A stretch of DNA of 64,000 bases from an uncultured Candidatus Saccharibacteria bacterium (GCA_964514575.1 CAZETJ010000002.1:1391-65390), one strand, 5' to 3'. Numbered from the stretch's first letter, positions 34,875 through 43,271 are shown. Numbers and translations are program-made. Notes: generated by a model from the sequence alone, not told the origin.

Positions 34875-35351
34875 ATGAGAATTATCGGCATCGATCCAGG
34901 CACGGGTATTCTGGGGTTTGGGATTATCGAGGCCGAAGGCGACAAATTCCACTTGGTGGATGGTGGAGTTATCCGAACGCCGGTTAAAGAAGACGATGCT
35001 GTGCGTCTGCAGACTATCTTCGAAGAACTGACCGATATCATTGCCGAGACTAAGCCCGAAGAAATGGCCGTCGAGAAATTGTTTTTTGCCCAAAATGTTA
35101 CTACCGCCATGACGGTCGCCCAGGCCCGCGGCGTAGTTTTGCTAGCAGCCAAGCAAGCCGGCCTAAAAATTTCGGAGTACACACCTCTCCAAATTAAGCA
35201 GGCGCTGACCGGCTACGGCCGGGCCGAAAAAAAGCAGGTCCAGGAGATGGTGCGGGTGATGTTGGGACTAAAAGAGATTCCAAAGCCAGACGATTGCGCC
35301 GATGCTCTGGCCGCTGCCATCTGTCATTCGCAGTCGGTTAAGGTAAAATAA
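34875..35351 (+). CDS. ruvC: Holliday junction resolvase RuvC
   Basis: MRIIGIDPGTGILGFGIIE ... EKLFFAQN ... DCADALAAAICH. Confidence 0.93.
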   Translation: MRIIGIDPGTGILGFGIIEAEGDKFHLVDGGVIRTPVKEDDAVRLQTIFEELTDIIAETKPEEMAVEKLFFAQNVTTAMTVAQARGVVLLAAKQAGLKISEYTPLQIKQALTGYGRAEKKQVQEMVRVMLGLKEIPKPDDCADALAAAICHSQSVKVK

Positions 35352-35355
35352 AGCC

Positions 35356-35928
35356 ATGATAGCCTCATTAAATGGCAAGGTTGCCGAAAAACAAGGCGAC
35401 TTGATAATCTTAGAGATCGGCGGACTCGGCTACGGAGTTTACGTTACGTTTGAAGATTTTGGCGCGTCAACGGTCGGCTCCAATGCCAAGCTTTATATCT
35501 ACGAGCACATTCGGGAAAACAGCCATGATTTATTTGGCTTTAGGCGCCCGGAAACAAAATTTTTGTTCGAGCAGCTACTGAGCGTCAATGGCGTTGGCCC
35601 TAAGATGGCTATGGCGATTATGAGTCTGGCAAATTCGGAGCAAGTTCGTTCGGCCATCGCCGGCGGTGATACCAAATTTATCACTGGCGCCAACGGTGTT
35701 GGCAAGCGCGTTGCCGAGCGGGTGATTGTTGACCTTAAAGACAAAGTCGGCCTGGCCGCCTCTGATACAGCCACGGATTTTTTGACGGCTAGCGCCAATC
35801 CTAACGACGAAGCTCTACAAGGACTGGTGGCTCTGGGATATTCCGTGCAAGACGCTGCTGAAGCTCTGAAAGGCGTTGACGATAAACTGCCATCTCCAGA
35901 ACGCATAAAGCAGGCCCTTAAGGCCTAG
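35356..35928 (+). CDS. ruvA: Holliday junction helicase subunit RuvA
   Basis: MIASLNGKV...GLGYGVYV... LLSVNGVGPKMAMAI (HhH). Confidence 0.93.
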   Translation: MIASLNGKVAEKQGDLIILEIGGLGYGVYVTFEDFGASTVGSNAKLYIYEHIRENSHDLFGFRRPETKFLFEQLLSVNGVGPKMAMAIMSLANSEQVRSAIAGGDTKFITGANGVGKRVAERVIVDLKDKVGLAASDTATDFLTASANPNDEALQGLVALGYSVQDAAEALKGVDDKLPSPERIKQALKA

Positions 35929-35944
35929 CTGGTAAAATATAAGT

Positions 35945-36412
35945 ATGTCTTCAAGTCCGGAAGCACAACCACCACAAGCTCAAGGTGATGAGATAGATTC
36001 AGCTCTGCGATCCGCAGAGCGCCTGCTGCAACTCGCTAGGGACCGCAGACCACAGGGTGTGGATGAACCTGTTGTGTTTGAGGCTCCAGAGACCATGCCG
36101 GACGCTGGTGATGAATATAGTAAGGCGTGGGACATAGAAGCAGCCAAATCTATACCACAGACCGACGCAGACATTAGAGCAAAATTAGCCAAACGCGGTT
36201 TGTATCCTCCGCGTACTGAGGAAGAGGTTGAAGCAGCTGAGCAGCAAAGATTGGCCGATTTACGGGCTGCAGCACCTCCGACTATCAGGAAACATCAAAA
36301 ACCGCCGGCTGAGCGGGTATCATCCAGAACTCATGCAGAATTAAGTCCTAGGGTTCGCGCTAGGCCCGGCAACCAAAGGCCAGGTCCTTCTTATCCCAAG
36401 CTATTCGAGTAG
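35945..36412 (+). CDS. Hypothetical low-complexity protein, 155 aa
   Basis: Rich in charged residues, Pro and Ala. No motif recognised. Confidence 0.45.
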   Translation: MSSSPEAQPPQAQGDEIDSALRSAERLLQLARDRRPQGVDEPVVFEAPETMPDAGDEYSKAWDIEAAKSIPQTDADIRAKLAKRGLYPPRTEEEVEAAEQQRLADLRAAAPPTIRKHQKPPAERVSSRTHAELSPRVRARPGNQRPGPSYPKLFE

Positions 36413-36421
36413 AATAAGATT

Positions 36422-37390
36422 ATGAGTTTTTTGCAAGGGCTGCCTAGGCTGTTTTTTGTTTTGGCGCCGATGGACGATGTCACAGATACCGTTTTTAGAC
36501 AGATCGTGGCGGACTGCGCCAGGCCGGATTTATTCTTTACTGAATTTGTGAACGTCGATGGCTTAGCTAGCCCTGGTCGGAAAAAACTCTTGCCAAAATT
36601 GTGGTTCGATAAAAAGGAACAGCCCATCGTCGCCCAACTATGGGGGCTTAAACCGGACAATTTTTATAAAGCCACCAAAGACCTAAAAAAAATGGGTTTC
36701 GCCGGAGTGGATCTAAATATGGGCTGTCCGGTCAAAACCGTCATCAAAAACGGCGCCTGCGCCGCGCTCATTGATAATCGGGAGCTCGCGGGTGAGATTA
36801 TCCAGGCGACACAAAAAGCGGCCGGCAAGGATTTTCCGGTCAGCGTCAAAACCAGAGTTGGCTTTAAAGAGATCGACATGAGCTGGATAGAATTCCTGTT
36901 ATCAAAAAAACTTAACATGTTAAGTATTCATGGACGGACGGCTAAACAACTATCCAAAGTTCCGGCTGATTGGGGGCTCATAGGTCAATCCCGCGAGCTG
37001 CGCGACAAGCTGTCGCCCAGCACTCTGCTGGTTGGCAACGGCGATGTCAGCAGTCGTTCTGAGGGGCTAGCTCTGGCAAAGAAACATAAACTTGACGGTA
37101 TAATGCTCGGCCGGGGCATTTTTCATGACCCGTTTATTTTTGCCAATTCGCCGGATGGCGAAAGTCCGTGGCAAGCATGGACCAAGCAGCAAAAACTGGA
37201 GCTATTTTCACGCCACATTAAACTTTATCTGCAGACCTACAAGAACAATGAGCGTAAATTTGAGGCTCTGCGAAAATTTTGCAAAGTTTATATCAACGGC
37301 TTTGATGGAGCCAGCGAGCTGCGTGCCAAATTTATGGAAACACATACCCCAGACCAAGCACTAGCATTGTTGGCAAAGGACTTAATTTAA
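36422..37390 (+). CDS. dus: tRNA-dihydrouridine synthase
   Basis: LAPMDDVTDTVFR ... GVDLNMGCP ... TIM-barrel Dus motifs. Confidence 0.9.
   Translation: MSFLQGLPRLFFVLAPMDDVTDTVFRQIVADCARPDLFFTEFVNVDGLASPGRKKLLPKLWFDKKEQPIVAQLWGLKPDNFYKATKDLKKMGFAGVDLNMGCPVKTVIKNGACAALIDNRELAGEIIQATQKAAGKDFPVSVKTRVGFKEIDMSWIEFLLSKKLNMLSIHGRTAKQLSKVPADWGLIGQSRELRDKLSPSTLLVGNGDVSSRSEGLALAKKHKLDGIMLGRGIFHDPFIFANSPDGESPWQAWTKQQKLELFSRHIKLYLQTYKNNERKFEALRKFCKVYINGFDGASELRAKFMETHTPDQALALLAKDLI
36910..36925. repeat. Motif family copy 4, ACTTAACATGTTAAGT (16-bp palindrome inside dus)
   Basis: Read directly. Encodes LNMLS. Confidence 0.8.
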
Positions 37391-37404
37391 GCTAGAGTAC
37401 GGTT

Positions 37405-37617
37405 GTGGGTGAATCAAAACAAAAACCCGAGGGAACACCAGTCGATCCTGAGGCCGGCCCTGAATATGAGTCAGTCATTGATGTAGTCGCTAGGTCCATC
37501 AGATCTGCCAGAGAAATTATGAGTCCAAAGCCACCGGGCATTGATCGATTGCCGCCTGAGAAACAGGCTGAAATCATGAGGCGCAATCTCAGCCGGCGAG
37601 AAGAACGGGGCTGGTGA
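37405..37617 (+). CDS. Hypothetical 70-aa charged protein
   Basis: ORF only. Confidence 0.35.
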   Translation: MGESKQKPEGTPVDPEAGPEYESVIDVVARSIRSAREIMSPKPPGIDRLPPEKQAEIMRRNLSRREERGW

Positions 37618-37663
37618 ATACTAGCCAGCTAGTGGTCTTTCCATCTGTTATACTGACATCTAA

Positions 37664-37740
<77 letters not shown>

Positions 37741-37765
37741 GCTTAGGCCGTGACTCCAGCTTCCG

Positions 37766-37788
37766 TAAAACAGCGGGAGCTGTTTTAG
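37766..37788 (+). terminator. Hairpin TAAAACAGC ggga GCTGTTTTA
   Basis: 9-bp stem with a T-run, 25 nt after the tRNA. Confidence 0.6.
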
Positions 37789-37963
37789 TTTCAGCTTCCA
37801 CACGTCCTTACGCTTAACAAAACTGGAAGAATCTGCAAGCAGGATCTTCCAGTTTTGTGCAGAACCAGTAGGATGTATCGTTGCTGCTTTTCCATCCGGC
37901 TTATCCTCAAGCCGGATAGGCAGGGAGTTAGGACCACCTGCGGTATCCAGGTGAGGCGCAAGG

Positions 37964-37969
37964 TATAAT
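37964..37969 (+). promoter_or_regulatory. -10 TATAAT, 7 nt before the ATG at 37977 (leaderless-type)
   Basis: TATAAT-tattctt-ATG with no SD. Confidence 0.45.
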
Positions 37970-37976
37970 TATTCTT

Positions 37977-38411
37977 ATGAGGCTGCAGCCGATAAAAATC
38001 AAAAAACACTTTACGACCAGCAATGTGGCGCTTTATATCTTCGCGCTAATCGTGCTGGCTATAACCTGGAGTGGTGTAAAAACCATCCAAAGCAACTATG
38101 AGCTGCAAAAACAGGTATCTGTTCTAAAGCAACAAAATGACGTGACGAGCCTACAGAACCAAACTATCCAGCTCAAAAATCAATATTACGCCACCGACCA
38201 ATACTTGGATTTAGCGGCTCGCCAAGATCTTGGACTGGCAGCACCCGGCGAACAAGTTCTGTTGATCTCTAAAGCTACCGCACTCAAGTATGTTAATACT
38301 TCGATTGCTTCCCAAGTTCAAATTTCAAAAAGTGACACTCGACCGCAATTTATAAAAAATATGGAAGCTTGGCGAGACTTTTTGCTTGGACGAAACGTCA
38401 GTGGCAATTGA
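37977..38411 (+). CDS. Septum formation initiator (FtsB/DivIC-like)
   Basis: N-terminal TM followed by a coiled coil (YELQKQVSVLKQQNDVTSLQNQTIQLKNQ) and YLDLAARQDLGL. Confidence 0.7.
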   Translation: MRLQPIKIKKHFTTSNVALYIFALIVLAITWSGVKTIQSNYELQKQVSVLKQQNDVTSLQNQTIQLKNQYYATDQYLDLAARQDLGLAAPGEQVLLISKATALKYVNTSIASQVQISKSDTRPQFIKNMEAWRDFLLGRNVSGN

Positions 38412-38459
38412 CCAACACCTTAAAACGGGTTAGAATACGAAGCTAGTGCCCTTTGGGGC

Positions 38460-38571
38460 CCCCGCAAAATTTATTTTGTGGGGAGAGGAGAAGCAGCGAT
38501 AAGCTGAAGGAGCGAACAACTGAGACAAGGGTTGGTCGCCTCCGCAAGCTGACAGCTTGCTTCGACGACGA
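38460..38571 (+). ncRNA. Structured tRNA 5' leader, copy E
   Basis: P0 CCCCGCAAAA 38460-69 / TTTTGTGGGG 38474-83; GAGAGGAG 38483-90; P1 GAAGCA 38490-95 / TGCTTC 38558-63; GACGA 38567-71. A TAGAAT -10 lies at 38431-36. Confidence 0.6.
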
Positions 38572-38646
38572 CGCGGGGTGGAGCAGTAGTAGCTCGCATG
38601 GCTCATAACCATGAGGTCGCAGGTGCAAATCCTGCCCCCGCTACCA
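38572..38646 (+). tRNA. Initiator tRNA-fMet (CAU)
   Basis: CGCGGGGTGGAGCAG start with an unpaired 1:72 position (C:U). CCA encoded. Confidence 0.88.
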
Positions 38647-38653
38647 CGAAAAG

Positions 38654-38679
38654 CGCCCGACGCAAGGTCGGGTGTTTTT
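38654..38679 (+). terminator. Rho-independent terminator CGCCCGAC gcaag GTCGGGTG TTTTT
   Basis: 8-bp stem with one G:U pair, plus a T5 run. Confidence 0.75.
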
Positions 38680-38797
38680 CGTGGAGGGGCAGTCTGCACC
38701 TAACCGACAGAGAATTTTAAAATCTTAGTGATTAAGTCAGCGATAAATTCACAGACGCTTTTCTAGCGTGAACTCAGAGTGCCCCCGGCACTCTTCG

Positions 38798-38822
38798 GGT
38801 GCAAATCCTGCCCCCGCTACCA
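38798..38822 (+). repeat. 25-nt exact direct repeat of the tRNA-fMet 3' end (GGTGCAAATCCTGCCCCCGCTACCA)
   Basis: Identical to 38622-38646. Confidence 0.9.
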
Positions 38823-38924
38823 AGCATAAGCATTTTGACCTCTGAGAATAGAGGTCTTTTTGTTTGGCTTATGCTTGCGTAGAAATAATAACTTAATATA
38901 GGATTTAATTAATCGGAGCAAATT

Positions 38925-39356
38925 ATGTTGAGAGAAGATGATAAAAGAGGTTTTGTTTGGGAGTACGAAAGCTGGGCGTTTGGCGGTAATAGGCAGTGGG
39001 CAGAACCAGAGGAAGCAATTTCTGTTGGTGAACGAGTTGGTGAAGAGCTTTTTGATAGATTTGTAGGCGAAGATAGGGACTATGGTGATAGCCCCGAAGT
39101 CCGTGATAGTGCTCATAGGGTATTAGACACAGCACTTGAAGTTGTTGATTATGCAGCCCTTCCAACTGAACGAAGAGCCAATATTTTGCGTGGAGTAATA
39201 AACACACTCGAAAGCACTGGTGCATTAGGGGGCAGACCTGAGTGGGCAAAGGTCCAACCACGAGAGCGAATGTTCGGCAACAATCTTCGTCATGCTATAT
39301 CAACAATACGAAACCTAAGAAATCGACGCCTGAGAAGTGCAAACCCTACCGCCTAG
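38925..39356 (+). CDS. Hypothetical protein, 143 aa
   Basis: ORF in a visibly AT-richer stretch just after the tRNA-end repeat. No motif recognised. Confidence 0.5.
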   Translation: MLREDDKRGFVWEYESWAFGGNRQWAEPEEAISVGERVGEELFDRFVGEDRDYGDSPEVRDSAHRVLDTALEVVDYAALPTERRANILRGVINTLESTGALGGRPEWAKVQPRERMFGNNLRHAISTIRNLRNRRLRSANPTA

Positions 39357-39597
39357 ACACTGACAGGGCTATCTCTCCTAATCTCGTTCACTATCTTCCA
39401 CATAGTTATCAGTTCTCGTTTAACCTGGTTCCATTTCGGCTCTATCACGCCTACCAAGTTTGATTGCAGATAGAGATTGGTTCCAAAACCAGTCTCTATT
39501 TGATTTACCCTCTGTTATGGAAGTTTGAGTTCCGGTCGATTTGATCACATACTCATGCGGACAATGAGCGTATACTAAAGTCACCAAGGAGATTCGC

Positions 39598-39984
39598 ATG
39601 AATAAAGCATTGATGGTAATTATCGCAGTAGTGGTTCTGGCAGTGGGAGGTTGGGTTATTTATGATCGCCATAAGACAAATAGCAATACGAATAATTCAT
39701 CGTCCAATTCGAGCCAATCTGTGACATCGACGGGCGCAATAACTATTAAGAATATGATGTTCACACCCTCTCAAATATCAATTCAAAAAGGCGGGACAGT
39801 TACTTGGACAAACAACGATAGCACTACGCACACGGTAGTCGACGACTTAAGCAATGTCGGCGGACCATCCAGCGGAGATATCCAGCCTGGTTCAACCTAT
39901 AGTTTTACCTTTAATAAAACGGGTTCATTCCAGTACCACTGTAGTATTCACCCGTCTATGCGCGGAACAATAGTCGTTAAATAG
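39598..39984 (+). CDS. Cupredoxin (plastocyanin/azurin-like) with an N-terminal anchor
   Basis: AAGGAG SD. HTV...YHCSIHPSMRG type-1 copper ligand pattern (H, C, H, M). Confidence 0.8.
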   Translation: MNKALMVIIAVVVLAVGGWVIYDRHKTNSNTNNSSSNSSQSVTSTGAITIKNMMFTPSQISIQKGGTVTWTNNDSTTHTVVDDLSNVGGPSSGDIQPGSTYSFTFNKTGSFQYHCSIHPSMRGTIVVK

Positions 39985-40071
39985 GCTCTAGTCTTTCAGC
40001 TCAAATATGCTATCAGATTGAATCAAAAACTCCCTCGAACGAGGGAGTTTTCTGTTAGAAAACGACTAAAC

Positions 40072-40326
40072 TTAGCGATTTTCTTTAGGACGAGCCACGT
40101 CGACCGAGATGGTCCGGCCGCCAAGATCGGCGCCGTTCATGGCTGCTTGGGCAGCTTTGCCTTCTTCTTCGTTTTCGAACTCAACGAAGCCGAAGCCTTT
40201 GCTGCGGCCACTTTCGCGGTCACGGACAACAGTAGCGCTGGCTACAGTACCATGAGCGGCAAAAGCGTCACGAAGCTCTTCATCGGTGGTTGCGAAAGGC
40301 AATCCGCCTACAAATAGTTTGTACAT
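40072..40326 (-). CDS. RRM-type RNA-binding protein, 84 aa
   Basis: RNP2 KLFVGGL and RNP1 KGFGFVEF. Confidence 0.9.
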   Translation of the reverse strand: MYKLFVGGLPFATTDEELRDAFAAHGTVASATVVRDRESGRSKGFGFVEFENEEEGKAAQAAMNGADLGGRTISVDVARPKENR

Positions 40327-40569
40327 TCAATTTTTCCTTAATCTTATTTACTTAGGAACGACCACTTATAGTCTGATTCAGATTCGGCCGGTCCTAACAG
40401 ATCTTCAGGCGCCAATGCTTTATCGAACAGAACAGATAAGATCCTAACTAGCAAGAGTTAACCATAAATCGTTTAATAAAACAACGACCCTATAAAAGAT
40501 TATTGTTGACAAGCATTAGAACTATATATAATCTGAGCTTAGTTCACAAAAAACAAAAAGGAAAAAGTA

Positions 40570-40647
40570 ATGTCAGCGCCACAATTCATAATGCCGCAGA
40601 CCAGTCCTGAGTTTAGCGAGATTGATAAAATCTTGATGAACAGCTAA
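40570..40647 (+). CDS. Possible 25-aa peptide (MSAPQFIMPQTSPEFSEIDKILMNS)
   Basis: A TTGACA...TATAAT promoter about 50 nt upstream and AAGGA 8 nt before the ATG. Confidence 0.3.
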   Translation: MSAPQFIMPQTSPEFSEIDKILMNS

Positions 40648-40663
40648 CGGCTGGCGGTCACGA

Positions 40664-40695
40664 AATAACAGATGCTATACTACATCTGTTATTTT
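40664..40695 (+). terminator. Hairpin AATAACAGATG ctatacta CATCTGTTATT + TT
   Basis: 11-bp stem, 9 nt upstream of tRNA-Met. Confidence 0.5.
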
Positions 40696-40704
40696 AGTTT
40701 GCGA

Positions 40705-40781
40705 GGCAGGGTAGCTCAGTTGGTTAGAGCACAGGACTCATAAGCCTGCGGTCGCGAGTTCGAATCTCGCCCCTGCTACCA
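40705..40781 (+). tRNA. Elongator tRNA-Met (CAU)
   Basis: Cloverleaf folded by hand. Has a G1:U72 wobble and an A31:G39 mismatch. Confidence 0.8.
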
Positions 40782-40913
40782 CGCAAAATTCCGGCTTATT
40801 GAGACAGAATTTTTACGCCAGAAGATTCTTACGTAAAAATTCATGTCTTGACGGCCGGTTTTTGCTTTTCTGCTCGCTTTATCCCCAAAGCTCGCAGGAG
40901 ACCAGGACAGAAA

Positions 40914-42119
40914 TTACTTTGTCAGGTTCTTGATGGCGTTGATGAAGGCAGCTTCTTTTAAGCTGACAGCTTTTGACTCGGAAGTTTTTAAGAGCAAGTC
41001 GGTAGCTTTGACCATGTAATTTTCCAACTCGCGGTTTACCTTATCCTCTGGCCAGTGCTCGCCGGCCTTGTTTTGGACCCATTCCAGGTAACTGACGATC
41101 ACACCCCCGGCATTAGCGATAATATCCGGCAGAACGGTCACTCCTTGTGAGTTTAAGACATCCAGCGCGGCTTCATTGATTGGGCCATTAGCGAGCTCGA
41201 CAATGATTTCAGACTTAAGACTTTCTACGTTCGCTTCCGTTACGGCATCGCCCAGAGCTGCCAGCACCAAAATATCAACATCAAGGTCTAACATCTCCTC
41301 GTTACTCATCTTTTGGATGCCTTCGCTCTCGAAGTCGGCAAAGCGCTTGCCGGCCTGCTTGAATTTGTCCAGGGCTTTGGCATCCAGGCCATTTGGATTA
41401 AAAAGTGCTGTCCGTGAATCACTAGCGGCTACTAATTTCCAATTAGGGTGATCGTTTGCCGCGACGACCGAGAAGAACGAGCCGACATTGCCAAAACCCT
41501 GGACGGCATAGGTTAGCTGCTTATCCGCTTGGCCCATGTGCTTGAGCAATTCCCTTAGAGCAATAACGCCGCCGCGTCCAGTGGCTGCGTCGCGGCCAAG
41601 GCTGCCGCCGCGCTCGATGCTCTTGCCGGTAAAGCTCGCCCGGCTGGAATCACCGGTCAGTTTCTGATACTCATCGACCATCCAGTCGATGATTTCAGCG
41701 TTGGTATTAACGTCTGGAGCCGGCACATCTTTGTCTGGTCCGATGTGCGGCACTAAATGCTGAACGTATTTACGGCTAAGCTCTTCGAGTTCGTTTTTGT
41801 CGAGGCTCCTAGGATCGACCACTACGCCGCCTTTACCACCACCAAGCGGTAAACCGACGGCAGCTGTTTTGTAACTCATCAACGTTGCCAAAGCTCTGAC
41901 TTCGTCCAAGTCAACTTCGGGGTGGAACCGTATACCACCTTTGTATGGCCCGAGCTTGCTACTATGTTGAACGCGGTAAGCCGGGAAGGTCTTGCCGTTT
42001 TTGAGCTTTATATCAAACGTGTGTTCAGCGTCGATCTTTATAAGTTTTTTAATTTCCTCGTCGCTTAAGCCGAGTGTCTTTCCGGCGCGGGTTATAAAGG
42101 CATGGGCGGTACTTAGCAT
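40914..42119 (-). CDS. Glu/Leu/Phe/Val dehydrogenase (glutamate dehydrogenase-like)
   Basis: KGGIRFHP ... GLPLGGGKGGV ... GFGNVG Rossmann motif. Confidence 0.9.
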   Translation of the reverse strand: MLSTAHAFITRAGKTLGLSDEEIKKLIKIDAEHTFDIKLKNGKTFPAYRVQHSSKLGPYKGGIRFHPEVDLDEVRALATLMSYKTAAVGLPLGGGKGGVVVDPRSLDKNELEELSRKYVQHLVPHIGPDKDVPAPDVNTNAEIIDWMVDEYQKLTGDSSRASFTGKSIERGGSLGRDAATGRGGVIALRELLKHMGQADKQLTYAVQGFGNVGSFFSVVAANDHPNWKLVAASDSRTALFNPNGLDAKALDKFKQAGKRFADFESEGIQKMSNEEMLDLDVDILVLAALGDAVTEANVESLKSEIIVELANGPINEAALDVLNSQGVTVLPDIIANAGGVIVSYLEWVQNKAGEHWPEDKVNRELENYMVKATDLLLKTSESKAVSLKEAAFINAIKNLTK

Positions 42120-42210
42120 CTGTTTCTGACTCCTATAATCTTAAATGGCTCCTGGGTTACTATAGCCTACTGCTTTGCAATTTTCACCCGCCGAACCTAA
42201 TATTAACCTA

Positions 42211-42747
42211 ATGGCTGACCAGAAGAAAAAACAGGAGCTCGATAAAAAGCTTGAACGGATGAATCCGGTCGAGCATCCAAAAGACCTCACTGACCGAGCA
42301 TTTCGAATCGGCTTGCTGCTAAAAGCTTTGGATGGGTTGATCGAGACTCTTGGCGGGATCCTACTTTTAATTATTAGCCCGGCTCAGATTAACCACTGGG
42401 CGGAAAGGCTGACCAACGGCGAGCTCAGCCAAGACCCCCACGACTTTATAGCCAATCACGTCTTAAGAACGGCCCACAATCTGACGGGCTCAGCTTTGAT
42501 ATTCGGAGCTATTTATTTGCTGAGCCACGGGATCGTTAAATTAGTTCTGGTCTTTGAGGTCTGGCGTGATCATCTTTGGGCTTATTTGGCGCTAATTGGT
42601 GTTACGGCGCTGTTTGTGATTTATCAGCTCTATAGGATTGTCGATAAGTTCTCGCTCGGGCTGACCCTATTAACGATCCTCGACCTAATAATCATTTACT
42701 TGACGACTGTTGAATACCGGCGCCAAAAAGTCCGTCTGGCCAGCTAA
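42211..42747 (+). CDS. DUF2127-like membrane protein
   Basis: RAFRIGLLLKALDGLIETLGGILLL pattern. Start trimmed to MADQKKK. Confidence 0.6.
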   Translation: MADQKKKQELDKKLERMNPVEHPKDLTDRAFRIGLLLKALDGLIETLGGILLLIISPAQINHWAERLTNGELSQDPHDFIANHVLRTAHNLTGSALIFGAIYLLSHGIVKLVLVFEVWRDHLWAYLALIGVTALFVIYQLYRIVDKFSLGLTLLTILDLIIIYLTTVEYRRQKVRLAS

Positions 42748-43271
42748 AGCCAACGTATAATTTGGGCATTAGGAAGCTCCTCTTCGATAGGAACTTCAAC
42801 CTGGCTGGTTTGCTTTAAAATTTGATCCCGCAGAACTCGGCCAAAAGTCCCGTGGCCTACAATCAATAAATTATTAGCTTCTAAATTTTTGAGGAACTCG
42901 GCAGCCTTAACGCCTCGAGCTAATAGTGCCTCAGTTGTTTCTATGCCGGGAACTTGCTCAAATTCTATTCCGTCGGCCGCCTCGTAAGGTTTTTGCTGTA
43001 GCTCGCCGTAATTTCTTTCAATTAATAATTCAGATTTAATAATTCTGTCTTTCGAATAGTCTATAACCGCAGCGATAATTTCAGCCGTTTCCGATGCCCT
43101 CGATAGCGTTGAGCAAACTATCCTATCTACCCCGAGGCTTTTAGCTTGTTCGCCCTCCAGCTTGGCCTGCTTGCGACCGTGGCTGGTTAAAGGGGTATCC
43201 CACGTTCCTGCAAATATCCTGTCTTTATTAGCCTGGCTCTCACCGTGACGGGCAAAGTATAGTTTTTTCAT
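42744..43271 (-). CDS. Histidine phosphatase (phosphoglycerate mutase-like) family protein
   Basis: LYFARHGESQAN (RHG motif). Confidence 0.85.
   Translation of the reverse strand: MKKLYFARHGESQANKDRIFAGTWDTPLTSHGRKQAKLEGEQAKSLGVDRIVCSTLSRASETAEIIAAVIDYSKDRIIKSELLIERNYGELQQKPYEAADGIEFEQVPGIETTEALLARGVKAAEFLKNLEANNLLIVGHGTFGRVLRDQILKQTSQVEVPIEEELPNAQIIRWL

Noticed and set aside
37819-37858. Resemblance of the long hairpin (GGAAGAAUCUGCAAGCAGGAUCUUCC) to SRP RNA helix 8
   Set aside because: It lacks the GNRA tetraloop and the conserved symmetric and asymmetric loop motifs (AGCA / GGAA context).
38430-38699. ORFs crossing tRNA genes or leaders (38430..38699, 38443..38628, 57115..57393, 59729..60115, 31269..31523)
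   Set aside because: They run across tRNA genes and the structured leaders, and they have no coding signal.
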